DNA of 63,007 bases, filler included, from Licmophora abbreviata (lineage: Eukaryota), in NCBI GenBank assembly GCA_900291995.1. It is 10 parts of 10 records of this genome, joined end to end, with 100 filler letters (N's around TTAATTAATTAA, not from the genome) between each part and the next. Parts side by side here need not be neighbours in the genome. Positions count along the whole stretch, not along the records: positions 10,093 to 14,270 come from OLMU01002137.1; positions 14,371 to 25,189 come from OLMU01002139.1; 8 more parts are not named here. One strand, written 5' to 3'. Of this stretch, positions 12,830 to 21,821 are shown one piece after another (within the stretch, counting starts at the first letter, position 1; each line of letters starts with the position of its first letter). The translations under genes were made by a program, and so were the position numbers. Below the pieces are notes generated by a model, which made no database searches, was not told the origin of the DNA, and was given only the letters and a program-made list of their open reading frames with translations.

Positions 12830-14131
12830 CTATGCAAGCCTAACTTGTACAACTCGAGCTCCGCCTCCGTTCAAATTCTGACCAATTCGCAGTCTGTCTC
12901 CCAAGAATACTCCGTCGAACAGGCCCTCGCCGGATATGGGGAGAGGAAGGCACGTTGCTTCCCGCCAGCACAGTCGACCATCTGAAATGTGCGCCACGAA
13001 TCGTTTTGGCGTCTCTAAGCTCGATGCGTTTTTTTCTTCGAGATCTCCCGAGACCCTGACTTCTACGAGAGGCCCGAGCAGCTCCCCGACGTTCGTGACA
13101 GTGTCGGGTCCAAAGATCTGATAGTTGGCGTTAAAGGGAAGTTCTGGAAAAGGAATACGGCGATCAATGCCACGACCATCGGGTCCAGGCTGCAGATATG
13201 CCAACATCCATTTCCCTTGCAGCAATTCTCGCTTCCATGGATACCGCTTGTCCACGATCTTCGAGATGAGTCGTTCGATTTCCAGACGCTCTCTGTCACT
13301 GAACTCATTCGGTCGTCGTCCATTGATGTACCCATACAGCTGTGTGACTTCTTTAGGTTCGTCGGAAGGCGTCGGTAACGTACCTTTAGGCGCCGGTGAA
13401 AACAATGAAGGTGTGAAGCTCTCTCGCAGTGCTTGAGATGTACTCTTGCTCCACTGTTGCGACTGTTCATAAATCAATCCATCGTCTTCGCCAACTCGAT
13501 ACGTTATTTCCGATTCGTATGAGGATATTTGAGGATGCCACGGAAACTTTAGTACTCCCCTAGATCGAATGGTACCCTTGATTGTTCGTGGGGCTTCCAC
13601 AGCAAGCGGCTTGATAATTTCGATTTCGGATTGCTCCGCATCAAAGAGAACCCGCAACGCGTTTTGGTATTGCGACAAGCTGGATACAGAGTTCGTGGGA
13701 TCAATAAACGTGCAGTCATCACGGAATAGGTCGGGGGAAAGATCTCCAGTGAGAAAGTAGCCCCCTCGATTAGTCGAGCCCAGAACAAGATCGTTCGATA
13801 GCTGCGCAGCTAGTTCGTTCAACGGTAGGTTGTAGGATTTGTTTGAAAAGGATCGAGGAGGTCCGAGTGGTGCCAGCTTTGTGATTGGTTTGACAAAGGA
13901 GGGAAACTCCTCGATTGCTGCATTTGCCGTTGTACATGGGGAAAGAATCAAAATACCACCGCCGACGGTCCCAGCGGTAGATCTCAGCCAATCGCGTCGT
14001 GTCGCTATCTGATGACTGGAGGCACCACTTTCAGCATTCCTTTATGACGGTGCAGGACGTGTCGTACTCCACCCGATGACAGGCCTTCCCTGAGCCGAGA
14101 GGACAATCACTAGAAGCCGAAGAGACAGCAT
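12830..14131 (-). CDS. Plastid (probably thylakoid-lumen) protein with NTF2/DUF2358-like domain plus fibrillin/PAP-like domain; one in-frame TAA at 14042-14044
   Basis: 'YFLTGDL...FRDDCTFIDPT' and 'LKFPWHP' (DUF2358-like); 'LLQGKWMLAY' and 'FLGDRLRIG' (PAP-like). Upstream in-frame ATG 14131 gives signal peptide, transit peptide and 'TRRDWL...ANA' Tat signal. Confidence 0.75.
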
Positions 14132-14370
14132 CTTCGGGGATATTGTGATGGCAATCGACGTTGCAGTCGTCGCGTCACTCTTTTACTTTTGTGAGATACC
14201 GCCTGGTATCATACCATCAAAGTTCAAAGTTCGCGGATTGAGTCACGCGTGAGTGAGTCGAGTCATCAGTNNNNNNNNNNNNNNNNNNNNNNNNNNNNNN
14301 NNNNNNNNNNNNNNTTAATTAATTAANNNNNNNNNNNNNNNNNNNNNNNNNNNNNNNNNNNNNNNNNNNN

Positions 14371-15128
14371 CCGCCAACTTGAACGACAAGATCTGATATA
14401 CCCGCTTGTGTGGCTGTCATCTGTGCCACGCCTGACTGATACGCGCCTTGAACGTAAAAAGAGGCTGTGATTTGCGAGGCGGTTTTGCCATTGATACTAG
14501 TCGTACTGGAGCTCTGCGAAAAGGGTTCCTGTACCTCGATCGGTTCGCCTAGAGCCTCACTCACGAGCGGATCTCGGACAAGATACGCACGAGCGTCGTC
14601 CAGCAGCTCGTTGACTTGTCGTTGTTGTTCGCCCACGGTTTCAGCCAATGATGAAAGCAGAGGAGCTACCATTCTACCCATCATTCGAATCGGGAGAGGG
14701 GCATCCTTCAGGATCTCTTGGATTCCTCCCGAGATCTCTCTGCGCGTTTCCTTTCGTTGAATCTCGGCAGATCGTTCTGTGTCCGACTGAAACCAACTCT
14801 TGGGGAGAACAGTCTTGGCAGCATCCTTGGCCTTATCCAGGAAGCCACTACCACCACCCTCTGATGCGTAGAGTCGAGTCGTCTTAAGGAGAGGAGGACG
14901 ATACTGCCGAGACAGTAGAAGGGGCTGTGCTGGCATCGCACCACGCACGTCTCGAGTCGCCGGATACTGCCGAGGCGTAAACGCATGCGAAGAGCTGCAA
15001 AAGCTCGACCCGATCGCAGCAGCTGCTGTCAAGTAGAGCTTGCGCCTTTGCGGACGCTGGTGATGCATGCTGCGGCTGAGGGAACGTGCTTTCATCATGG
15101 ATGCAACAGCTTGGTTGTCGTCATTCAT
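14371..15128 (-). CDS. Uncharacterised plastid-targeted protein (C-terminal Coa1/Tim21-like region), 3' end lost in gap
   Basis: Signal-like segment ending 'SSHA-FTP' (ASAFAP-type); 'ALGEPIEV..PFSQSSS..SING' region. Start codon uncertain. Confidence 0.6.
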
Positions 15129-15240
15129 CGTGGCAGTCTTGAGGTGCAATGAGGGCATCTTCGAATCAATCGAATTTCTGAGAAATCACGTCATGAGAAA
15201 TCGAGTGCTCGATCAGCATACGTATGAATTTTTTGTACAA

Positions 15241-15256
15241 GTTTATATATTTTAAG
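15241..15256 (+). promoter_or_regulatory. TATA-like element upstream of the permuted tRNA-Cys
   Basis: GTTTATATATTTTAAG ~35-50 nt upstream of the 3' half, in otherwise ~50% GC sequence. Confidence 0.55.
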
Positions 15257-15290
15257 ATCTCCGTCCTTGGTATCACACGTGGTAACAATA

Positions 15291-15372
15291 CTCGATTGGT
15301 CACCCGTTCGATCCGGGTCTAGTGCTCTTCTTGGGCGCACTAGTAGCTCAGTGGTAGAGCGTTCGATTGCAG
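15291..15372 (+). tRNA. trnC-GCA: Circularly permuted tRNA-Cys(GCA): 3' half (nt 38-73) at 15291-15326, 10-nt spacer, 5' half (nt 1-37) at 15337-15372
   Basis: Acceptor GCACTAG/CTAGTGC (7/7) with discriminator U73; D arm GCTC/GAGC with AGTGGTA loop; anticodon stem TCGA/TCGA, loop TTGCAG|C; T arm ACCCG-TTCGATC-CGGGT. The halves join at position 37/38. Confidence 0.9.
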
Positions 15373-15381
15373 CTCCACTTC

Positions 15382-15387
15382 TTTTTT
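15382..15387 (+). terminator. RNA polymerase III oligo(T) terminator
   Basis: TTTTTT 9 nt after the end of the tRNA 5' half. Confidence 0.75.
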
Positions 15388-15400
15388 GCATCTTGGTCGG

Positions 15401-15600
15401 AAAAAAGCCTGTTGTTGCGGCACCTAGACCTTTTGCAAGTCTGAAATATTTCACTGGGGTATACAGAAACGGCAATTTGACGTACTTCACACATTATACA
15501 GCTGTAACTATATGTGGCCGAGCTAAGAGGCCTTCGATAAGTCGCACCAGCGCGTTCTGCTCCGGTACCCGGCACCGGAACTTTCATGGCTAGGCTTACA
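15401..15600 (-). ncRNA. Candidate structured ncRNA, family unidentified
   Basis: Series of hairpins, some with G-U pairs only on the minus strand; terminal AAGCCT/AGGCTT complementarity; ends in T6 on the minus strand. Confidence 0.3.
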
Positions 15601-15735
15601 AAGGATCAGTTCGAGCTGCCATCCCGATATGCCTATGTATCAGATTGTGGAGAAACGTTGGTAACTAGAGTCATACATCGGGACATCGGGACAGTATTGC
15701 ATCCTGCCTAACTATGGCGTAGCTAGTTGTGTACA

Positions 15736-18585
15736 TTAACTAAGCAAGGCACCCGAACCGACCCGGGATAGAGCACCGGACTTTGCTCCGACCTTTGTTT
15801 GCATGAGATAGAGTAACTCGGCGAGTAACGCACTGGCAGTGGAATCGGCACCAGCGGCCGGACCTTGGACAATCAATGGGTACCGCCTGTGGCGTTGTGT
15901 AAAGAAACGAACGCAGGCGCAGCTAGGTGGAGTCAACGCAAATACGTGGTTGTTGGGGATTTCCACAATTTTGATCTCCAAGCTGTGTGTCTTAACGTCA
16001 ATACTAGACACGTGACGTAGCACGCATCCTCTTGATGCGGCTGCAGCAACGCGTTCCAGCATTTTCTGATCGATTTCTGCCGGCAACGACGAGTAGTCAG
16101 TCACACCGTCATCAAGGATCCTTTCAGTTCGGTCCTTGATCTCGCGTGCACCATAGTAGCGGTCGAGCTTCAGCTCACTCGCCAGAATCAAAGTCATCCG
16201 TGCTGTGTACTCGTTGCCGAGATCTTTCTCTGGATCGTCTTCCATTAGCCCCAATGCAATCGCTTCGCGAACCGCTTGGCTTAGAGAGCATGCTGTGCCG
16301 ACAGAAGCTGACGGCGACATGGAAATGTCTCCATGGAAGGCACCGCCCGTGAAGTCTTCGTCAAATTGACTACACCTGGCGACCTCAGGGGGCGGAGATA
16401 TGCGAAACATAATGAACGACATGGCCACAGACAAGATGCCATCGACACGACGGATCTTGTCGCCAGAATTTAGCAAGTTCCGGAGGGTGCGAATGACAGG
16501 AAGTCCTCCTCCAACCGTAACTTCTCGCAAATATTGTGCGGAGTGTTTGCCGTTCTTCTTTTCAGCGGCGTCGATCCCATCGCGTTGTTCCTTTGTCCCA
16601 GACAGGGCAGCATTGTTGGCAGTCACAACATGAATGCCCGCATTCAGCCAATCGACGTGAAGCATTCCAATATCATCGTCGGCTGTACAATCAAAGATGA
16701 CATGATGGGCACACTCTTCGCTAATCAGGCGCTCCTGGAATGCAGCAAGGTGACCAGTCAGAGTGGTAGCACAATTATCTCGGCTCCTTTCGGCATGCTC
16801 TGCTCCCACTGCTTTGCTGTAAGCGTCAAACGTGATGGAGTCTGTGCCGCCTCTGCAGTCATCCTTGAGGACTACAACTTCTGAGCTCTTTGAATCGTTG
16901 GCAAAAACAGCACAGACTTGAAGGTCCACTTCAAATGCATGTCGAAGTTTTTGTCGCTGCATTTCTAACAGCTTTACCAATGAATCACCGATTTCGTTCA
17001 TCCCAATCACTCCCACCCGCACGGCCGTGTTGGAGAGTCGAAATGCCGCGTGGACGGCTCGCAACGCCCGGGACGATTCAGAAGTCTTGACCACGGCCGA
17101 GATATTTCGTTCTGAGCAGCCCTGGGAAATAGCAAGAATATTGATCTTGGCATCTCCCAGGGCGGAAAAGAATCGACCCGCAACGCCCATGGTGTAAAAC
17201 ATTCCGTCTCCCACGGCTGCGATAATCGAGCAGGGGGACTGTACGTCGACATTGGATATGCGGTTCGCCTTCAGTTCTCGTCGAAACTCTTCTTCAATTG
17301 CCGCCTTGGCATCTTGTGCCTGCCGCTCCACAGTGGCAAAAGTAATGGAGTGCTCTGATGAGGCTTGGGAAATGAGTACGACATTGACTCCAATCCTCTC
17401 CAGAGTGCCAAACATGCGATGGGCTACACCAGGTACCCCAATCATTCCAGACCCCTCCACGTTAATGATGGCCATATTTTCAATGGAGCTGAAGCCGCAA
17501 ACACATTTGTCACTGTCTGTGTGAGTGGTGCTGGACGTGTAAATGCGCGATCCACGAAAGGCGGAGTTAAAGGTGTTGCGAATGTAGATGGGAATCTGCG
17601 GCGTCGCCGAAATGGCCGGTTGCATTGTCTTGGGGTGAATGACCTTGGCGCCGAAGTATGCCAGCTCCATGGCTTCATTATATGAGATCTCAGGCAAGAC
17701 GTGGGCGTTCGGCACTCGACGGGGGTCAGCCGAGAGAACACCGTCGACGTCGGTCCAAATAGTGACATTGGATGAGCTCAAGAGTTTGCCCATGATGGCC
17801 GCACTATAGTCGGAACCATCGCGCTGCAGCGTCGTGGCGACGCCCTGCGTATTGGTGGCGACATAGCCCGTAACAACAAAGTGAATGTTACAATCCTCTT
17901 CAACCTTGGCCTGCTCTAGCTCAAAAACTTGCTGCATTTTTTCGGCCGACGTATCCCAGGACACTGTCCCGTCTTGAATGGCCTCTTCGTCAATCGTAAT
18001 GACCCTTCGGGCATCCAAATAGACAAACTTCGGTTTCGAGGTTGAGTCGGTTTTTCGTTCACTCGCACGCTTCGACAACAAGGCCGCCAGGATCTGTGAG
18101 GACCAAAGTTCGCCGTAACCCGACACTAGTTCCGAAATACGCTTGGCCTGCCACTTCATCAAGGATACTGTTTTGAGAATATCGTAAATATCTTCAATGT
18201 CGGACTCGATGACAGATTTGAGTCTTTCCTGTTCCTCTTCTTCGAATAACGTTTCCAGACACGTACTGTGTTTGGTGAGTATCTGCTGCATGACGCTTTC
18301 GACTTGGACATCGTCTCGCCGCGCCGCAGCTTCGACAGTCGACAGAAGCAGATCCGTCACTTTGGGCTTGCCTCCCATGGCAGACACCACGACGCATAGA
18401 TTCAGATCAGTTCCAGACCTATCCTGAGAACTTGAGTCACTAACAATTCCGAGCTGCTCTTCGACGATCCCGGCTACTTTCGTTATGCATTCGGCATTGG
18501 CGACCGAAGTTCCTCCGAATTTGTGAACTTCCCAAAACTTTCCGGCAAATCCGCGTTTAGAAGTGCTACTGCTGTCACTTGCCAT
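15736..18585 (-). CDS. thrA: Bifunctional aspartokinase/homoserine dehydrogenase (AK-HSDH)
   Basis: 'VHKFGGTSV', 'VVSAMGG', 'TTLQRDGSDYSAA', 'YFGAKVIHP', two ACT domains, 'TVGGGLPVI', 'QGPAAG...TA'. Confidence 0.95.
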   Translation of the reverse strand: MASDSSSTSKRGFAGKFWEVHKFGGTSVANAECITKVAGIVEEQLGIVSDSSSQDRSGTDLNLCVVVSAMGGKPKVTDLLLSTVEAAARRDDVQVESVMQQILTKHSTCLETLFEEEEQERLKSVIESDIEDIYDILKTVSLMKWQAKRISELVSGYGELWSSQILAALLSKRASERKTDSTSKPKFVYLDARRVITIDEEAIQDGTVSWDTSAEKMQQVFELEQAKVEEDCNIHFVVTGYVATNTQGVATTLQRDGSDYSAAIMGKLLSSSNVTIWTDVDGVLSADPRRVPNAHVLPEISYNEAMELAYFGAKVIHPKTMQPAISATPQIPIYIRNTFNSAFRGSRIYTSSTTHTDSDKCVCGFSSIENMAIINVEGSGMIGVPGVAHRMFGTLERIGVNVVLISQASSEHSITFATVERQAQDAKAAIEEEFRRELKANRISNVDVQSPCSIIAAVGDGMFYTMGVAGRFFSALGDAKINILAISQGCSERNISAVVKTSESSRALRAVHAAFRLSNTAVRVGVIGMNEIGDSLVKLLEMQRQKLRHAFEVDLQVCAVFANDSKSSEVVVLKDDCRGGTDSITFDAYSKAVGAEHAERSRDNCATTLTGHLAAFQERLISEECAHHVIFDCTADDDIGMLHVDWLNAGIHVVTANNAALSGTKEQRDGIDAAEKKNGKHSAQYLREVTVGGGLPVIRTLRNLLNSGDKIRRVDGILSVAMSFIMFRISPPPEVARCSQFDEDFTGGAFHGDISMSPSASVGTACSLSQAVREAIALGLMEDDPEKDLGNEYTARMTLILASELKLDRYYGAREIKDRTERILDDGVTDYSSLPAEIDQKMLERVAAAASRGCVLRHVSSIDVKTHSLEIKIVEIPNNHVFALTPPSCACVRFFTQRHRRYPLIVQGPAAGADSTASALLAELLYLMQTKVGAKSGALSRVGSGALLS

Positions 18586-19017
18586 GGTGGAAATTGTAGT
18601 TGAGGCTGCGATCAGACTGGGGGTTCAACGTTTATGTTCGCAAGGCATGAGTCAAGTCGTCGACGTATGCCATGAAAGAAGGACCGCGTTGCGTCCGCCG
18701 ATGTACCGGAAAGAAGTGTGAAAGAATAACGGTACGACTTACATAGTAGAAGAAGAAAAGGTGCGTCAGGTTCTGGGCTGAGAAGGGAGCACAAACATTT
18801 TTTGGAATGTTGATGTGTTGACGGGAGACAGGACTACTATGTCATGACATTTCTTACTTAAAAAAGTGAAGATGAAGCGGCACTCGAAAGATCGCGGCGA
18901 AGATGCGGCGAAGTTTAAAAATTGTTGAATGTCAAGATTCAAGATTCACAAGAATTGCAACAAGATCTCTCACAAGAGGTTTCGAACGAAGAGCCTAGCT
19001 AGAGTCGGTTTCGATTC

Positions 19018-20712
19018 ATGCTGACCACATTTGGATCAGTGTTGAGACGATCGTCTTCCAATAGCCTTGCTGTTTCTCATCCCTTCTTGATTATCGCTCG
19101 ATCCTTCTCGTCGTCGTCAAATCGCAGCACCACCATGGCGACAACACCCGAGTATCACGATGTTGTCATCGTCGGAGGCGGCATCGGTGGGTTGTACACG
19201 GCAAAGAAACTCATGGATGCAGGGATCAAGGATGTTGTCGTGTTAGAATCGCGTCAGTGGTTGGGCGGCCGCGTTCAGACCAAGCGCGACGAACAGGGCC
19301 GCCCCATCTTTAACGACTTTGCCTGGCGAGTTGGCGAAGAAAACACCATGATGATTCAATTGGCGAAAGATCTTGGCATAGCCTTGCGACCTCAAACAAC
19401 TCCGGTGAAACTGGACATTCACAAAGCTGTCGACCAACAAGAGGATCGTCCCATGCTTCCGAATCGCGCTCCCCTTTCGGCGTTCGCCAAAGCTTCCTTG
19501 CAGTCCGCATCCGCGGCGGACCAGCAGGATCGAGAATCGGGATATGCCGGACGTACGGCACAGATCAGTTGGCCTGGCGAGACGCACGGTGAACTCAACT
19601 ATGTCGTTGAAGACGGTATGGCGACCTATGCGACAGAACTAGCCAAGCTTCTTCCTGAAAGATGCGTGAGAATGTTGACACGTGTTGCCGATGTCACGAA
19701 ACTAGATTCCACGAGTATTGCTGGTGCAGGTAGTAGTGCTACTGACGGTGTTGCCAAGCCTGTCAATTACCAAGTGACGGCAGTCAAACGTACCTTTGGA
19801 TCGAACACGCCAATCACCTTTCATTGCAAAACGGTCGTTCTTGCCACTCCCCCGTATCCGTTGCGATCAATGAGCGTTGCCAAAGACATGCTGCCTGCGC
19901 TATTTGCGGTACACGAACGTCGTCTCGGACACGCCTACGTCAAGGTTAAGAATGATACGACAGCCAGCATCCCTGACACTTCGGATGGCCCCGATCGTAT
20001 TTATCGCATGCTGCCCGACTCGATTCTCCAGCAGATCATTTCGGGAGACTATGGTCATGGGGCCGGTGCCGGTATCTTCCAGGCAGCCTACGCTTGTGAT
20101 CGATTCGAACGAGTGTGGCGTGAACTGCAATATCAAGGTCCTGAAGTTATGAAAGAAGAAGTCAAGAAGCAGCTGTCCCGTATTAGCGATGTCGATCCGG
20201 AATTGTACAAGTCGATTGAGGAGGTCTTCTTGAGAATCGGATTCGTGCACCGATGGAAGATTGAAGCACACGTGTCAGGAAAGACGAAGGAGGAATTATC
20301 GCTTCAAGCCATTCATCCGAATCCAGTTCGTTTGCCGCATTTGTATTTGGTGGGAGAAGCCTTTTCGCCTCATCAGGGTTGGACGGAAGGAGCGCTTTGG
20401 ACGGCGGACAAGACGGCTGCCATGATTGCTGCTAGTGGAGGAGGACATTCGAATTTTGTGCAACCCATGGTCTTTGAAAAGGACGAAGAAGGCAAGTTTC
20501 ACGGTCCCGCCAGTAACTTTCTTTTGTATCATGGACACGTGATTGATGGCAAGGACTGGGTCGAGCGTCATCCTGGTGGCCCACATCCGATCAATGCGTT
20601 TATGCACCGAGACATGTCAGAGTTCTTTGACAGTCTACATGGTGGATGGCCTGAGCCCTTGGCGACACTCTTTGGACTCCAGATTGGAACTACCGAACAA
20701 TCCGGGCCTTAA
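19018..20712 (+). CDS. FAD-dependent amine oxidase-family protein with C-terminal cytochrome b5-like domain
   Basis: 'VVIVGGGIGGL...VLESRQWLGGRV' Rossmann motif, 'LVGEAFS..QGWTEGAL'; C-terminal 'WVERHPGG...FFDSLH'; Ser/Arg-rich N-terminal presequence. Confidence 0.85.
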   Translation: MLTTFGSVLRRSSSNSLAVSHPFLIIARSFSSSSNRSTTMATTPEYHDVVIVGGGIGGLYTAKKLMDAGIKDVVVLESRQWLGGRVQTKRDEQGRPIFNDFAWRVGEENTMMIQLAKDLGIALRPQTTPVKLDIHKAVDQQEDRPMLPNRAPLSAFAKASLQSASAADQQDRESGYAGRTAQISWPGETHGELNYVVEDGMATYATELAKLLPERCVRMLTRVADVTKLDSTSIAGAGSSATDGVAKPVNYQVTAVKRTFGSNTPITFHCKTVVLATPPYPLRSMSVAKDMLPALFAVHERRLGHAYVKVKNDTTASIPDTSDGPDRIYRMLPDSILQQIISGDYGHGAGAGIFQAAYACDRFERVWRELQYQGPEVMKEEVKKQLSRISDVDPELYKSIEEVFLRIGFVHRWKIEAHVSGKTKEELSLQAIHPNPVRLPHLYLVGEAFSPHQGWTEGALWTADKTAAMIAASGGGHSNFVQPMVFEKDEEGKFHGPASNFLLYHGHVIDGKDWVERHPGGPHPINAFMHRDMSEFFDSLHGGWPEPLATLFGLQIGTTEQSGP

Positions 20713-21821
20713 GTTGACTTTGAGAGTGGTTAGAGTACGTCACGAGGAGCCAGAATTGGACGATTCATTCGTGCTTGAGAGAGTCCTACGTATCAGCAGC
20801 ACCCTAAAAGGTATAATTAGCAATGGTAGACTCTCTGTATACGTTTCGTTTCACGGCTTGAGTTATATGTTACCTATATGGCCGTGCTCTTTGGTGCCAA
20901 TCGAAGCCTCATTGTGTGTATCATAGACTGATTCTGTCGTCATCGAGTTCCTAGGAATTGCAAGTGAGTCAGTCGAGTCGCCGGGCGTCTGTCATCTCGT
21001 CGCTCTCGAGGTCTGCATTTCTCAAGCTCTTGCATTTTCGAGGAATTGAGCATTCCAGAATCTACAGTCATGAGGATTCTTGTTTTGGGTGGTGTCAGCC
21101 TCCTCACATTTTGTTGGTCGAGCGTCTGCAACGAGAGGTGAGGAGACGAATCTGGCGTTTGAGAGGGCAATAGCGATGTTTAGCGGTTAAACGAAGACGA
21201 CTTGTGAACTGACATGTGATGGATACTCAGGGGTAGTTTTCTGTTCTTGATCTGCTCAAGTCGGTGCGATAATGACGTTTCGAAGTCAGTGCCGACTCAT
21301 GATCCGTTTGAGACAGGGAAAAGCCGAACGAAGGCGATTTTCGCGTTACCCTCGCCGCAGGCTACCCTCCAACGTATTGTTAGTAGTGAGAGGGGGAGTG
21401 TTGTGATTGTCATGGACTTTTGACGCCGGTTATCGTCCATCAGGAATGCATTCTTTGGTACCTGATAGCGATGAAGCATCCGTCGTGTGTCACGCGCTCT
21501 TTGGACGAAAACGTTTGGAGGGAACTTGGAAGTTCGGATACCCCGAACACTCGTTCCAAGAAGTTTTGGCGCGAAAGTTGAAAGTTGACACCCCGTTGAC
21601 ATTTCTCATCGGCGCGTCATTTTGGGCATCAAGCGGGAGCGATGAGAAGTCAAGAACATCGACGCTCACAATTTCTTTCGCCCTTGCGTGTTTTACTTCT
21701 CTGTTGCTTCCCCCCTTGGGTCTGAACTTCTTCCTTTGCCTTTGCCATCATGAAGGTTCTCGTAGGCCCGTTTTCTTCGTCTAGCAATCCACAACAGGCT
21801 TCTTCGAAAAACAACAACAAC

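Noticed and set aside
8677..14044. Stop-codon reassignment suggested by in-frame TAG (8677) and TAA (14042)
   Set aside because: TAA, TAG and TGA all end conserved genes in this window, and long conserved ORFs have no internal stops.
15337..15420. Ordinary, intron-containing or truncated tRNA-Cys starting at 15337
   Set aside because: No T arm or acceptor 3' strand follows before the T6 tract; the matching 3' half lies upstream.
15191..15593. Short ORFs overlapping the tRNA locus
   Set aside because: No recognisable protein features; the region is better explained by RNA gene(s).
20720..21750. Hidden gene or mobile element upstream of ICL
   Set aside because: Only short featureless ORFs; no terminal repeats or transposase/RT motifs seen here or elsewhere in the window.
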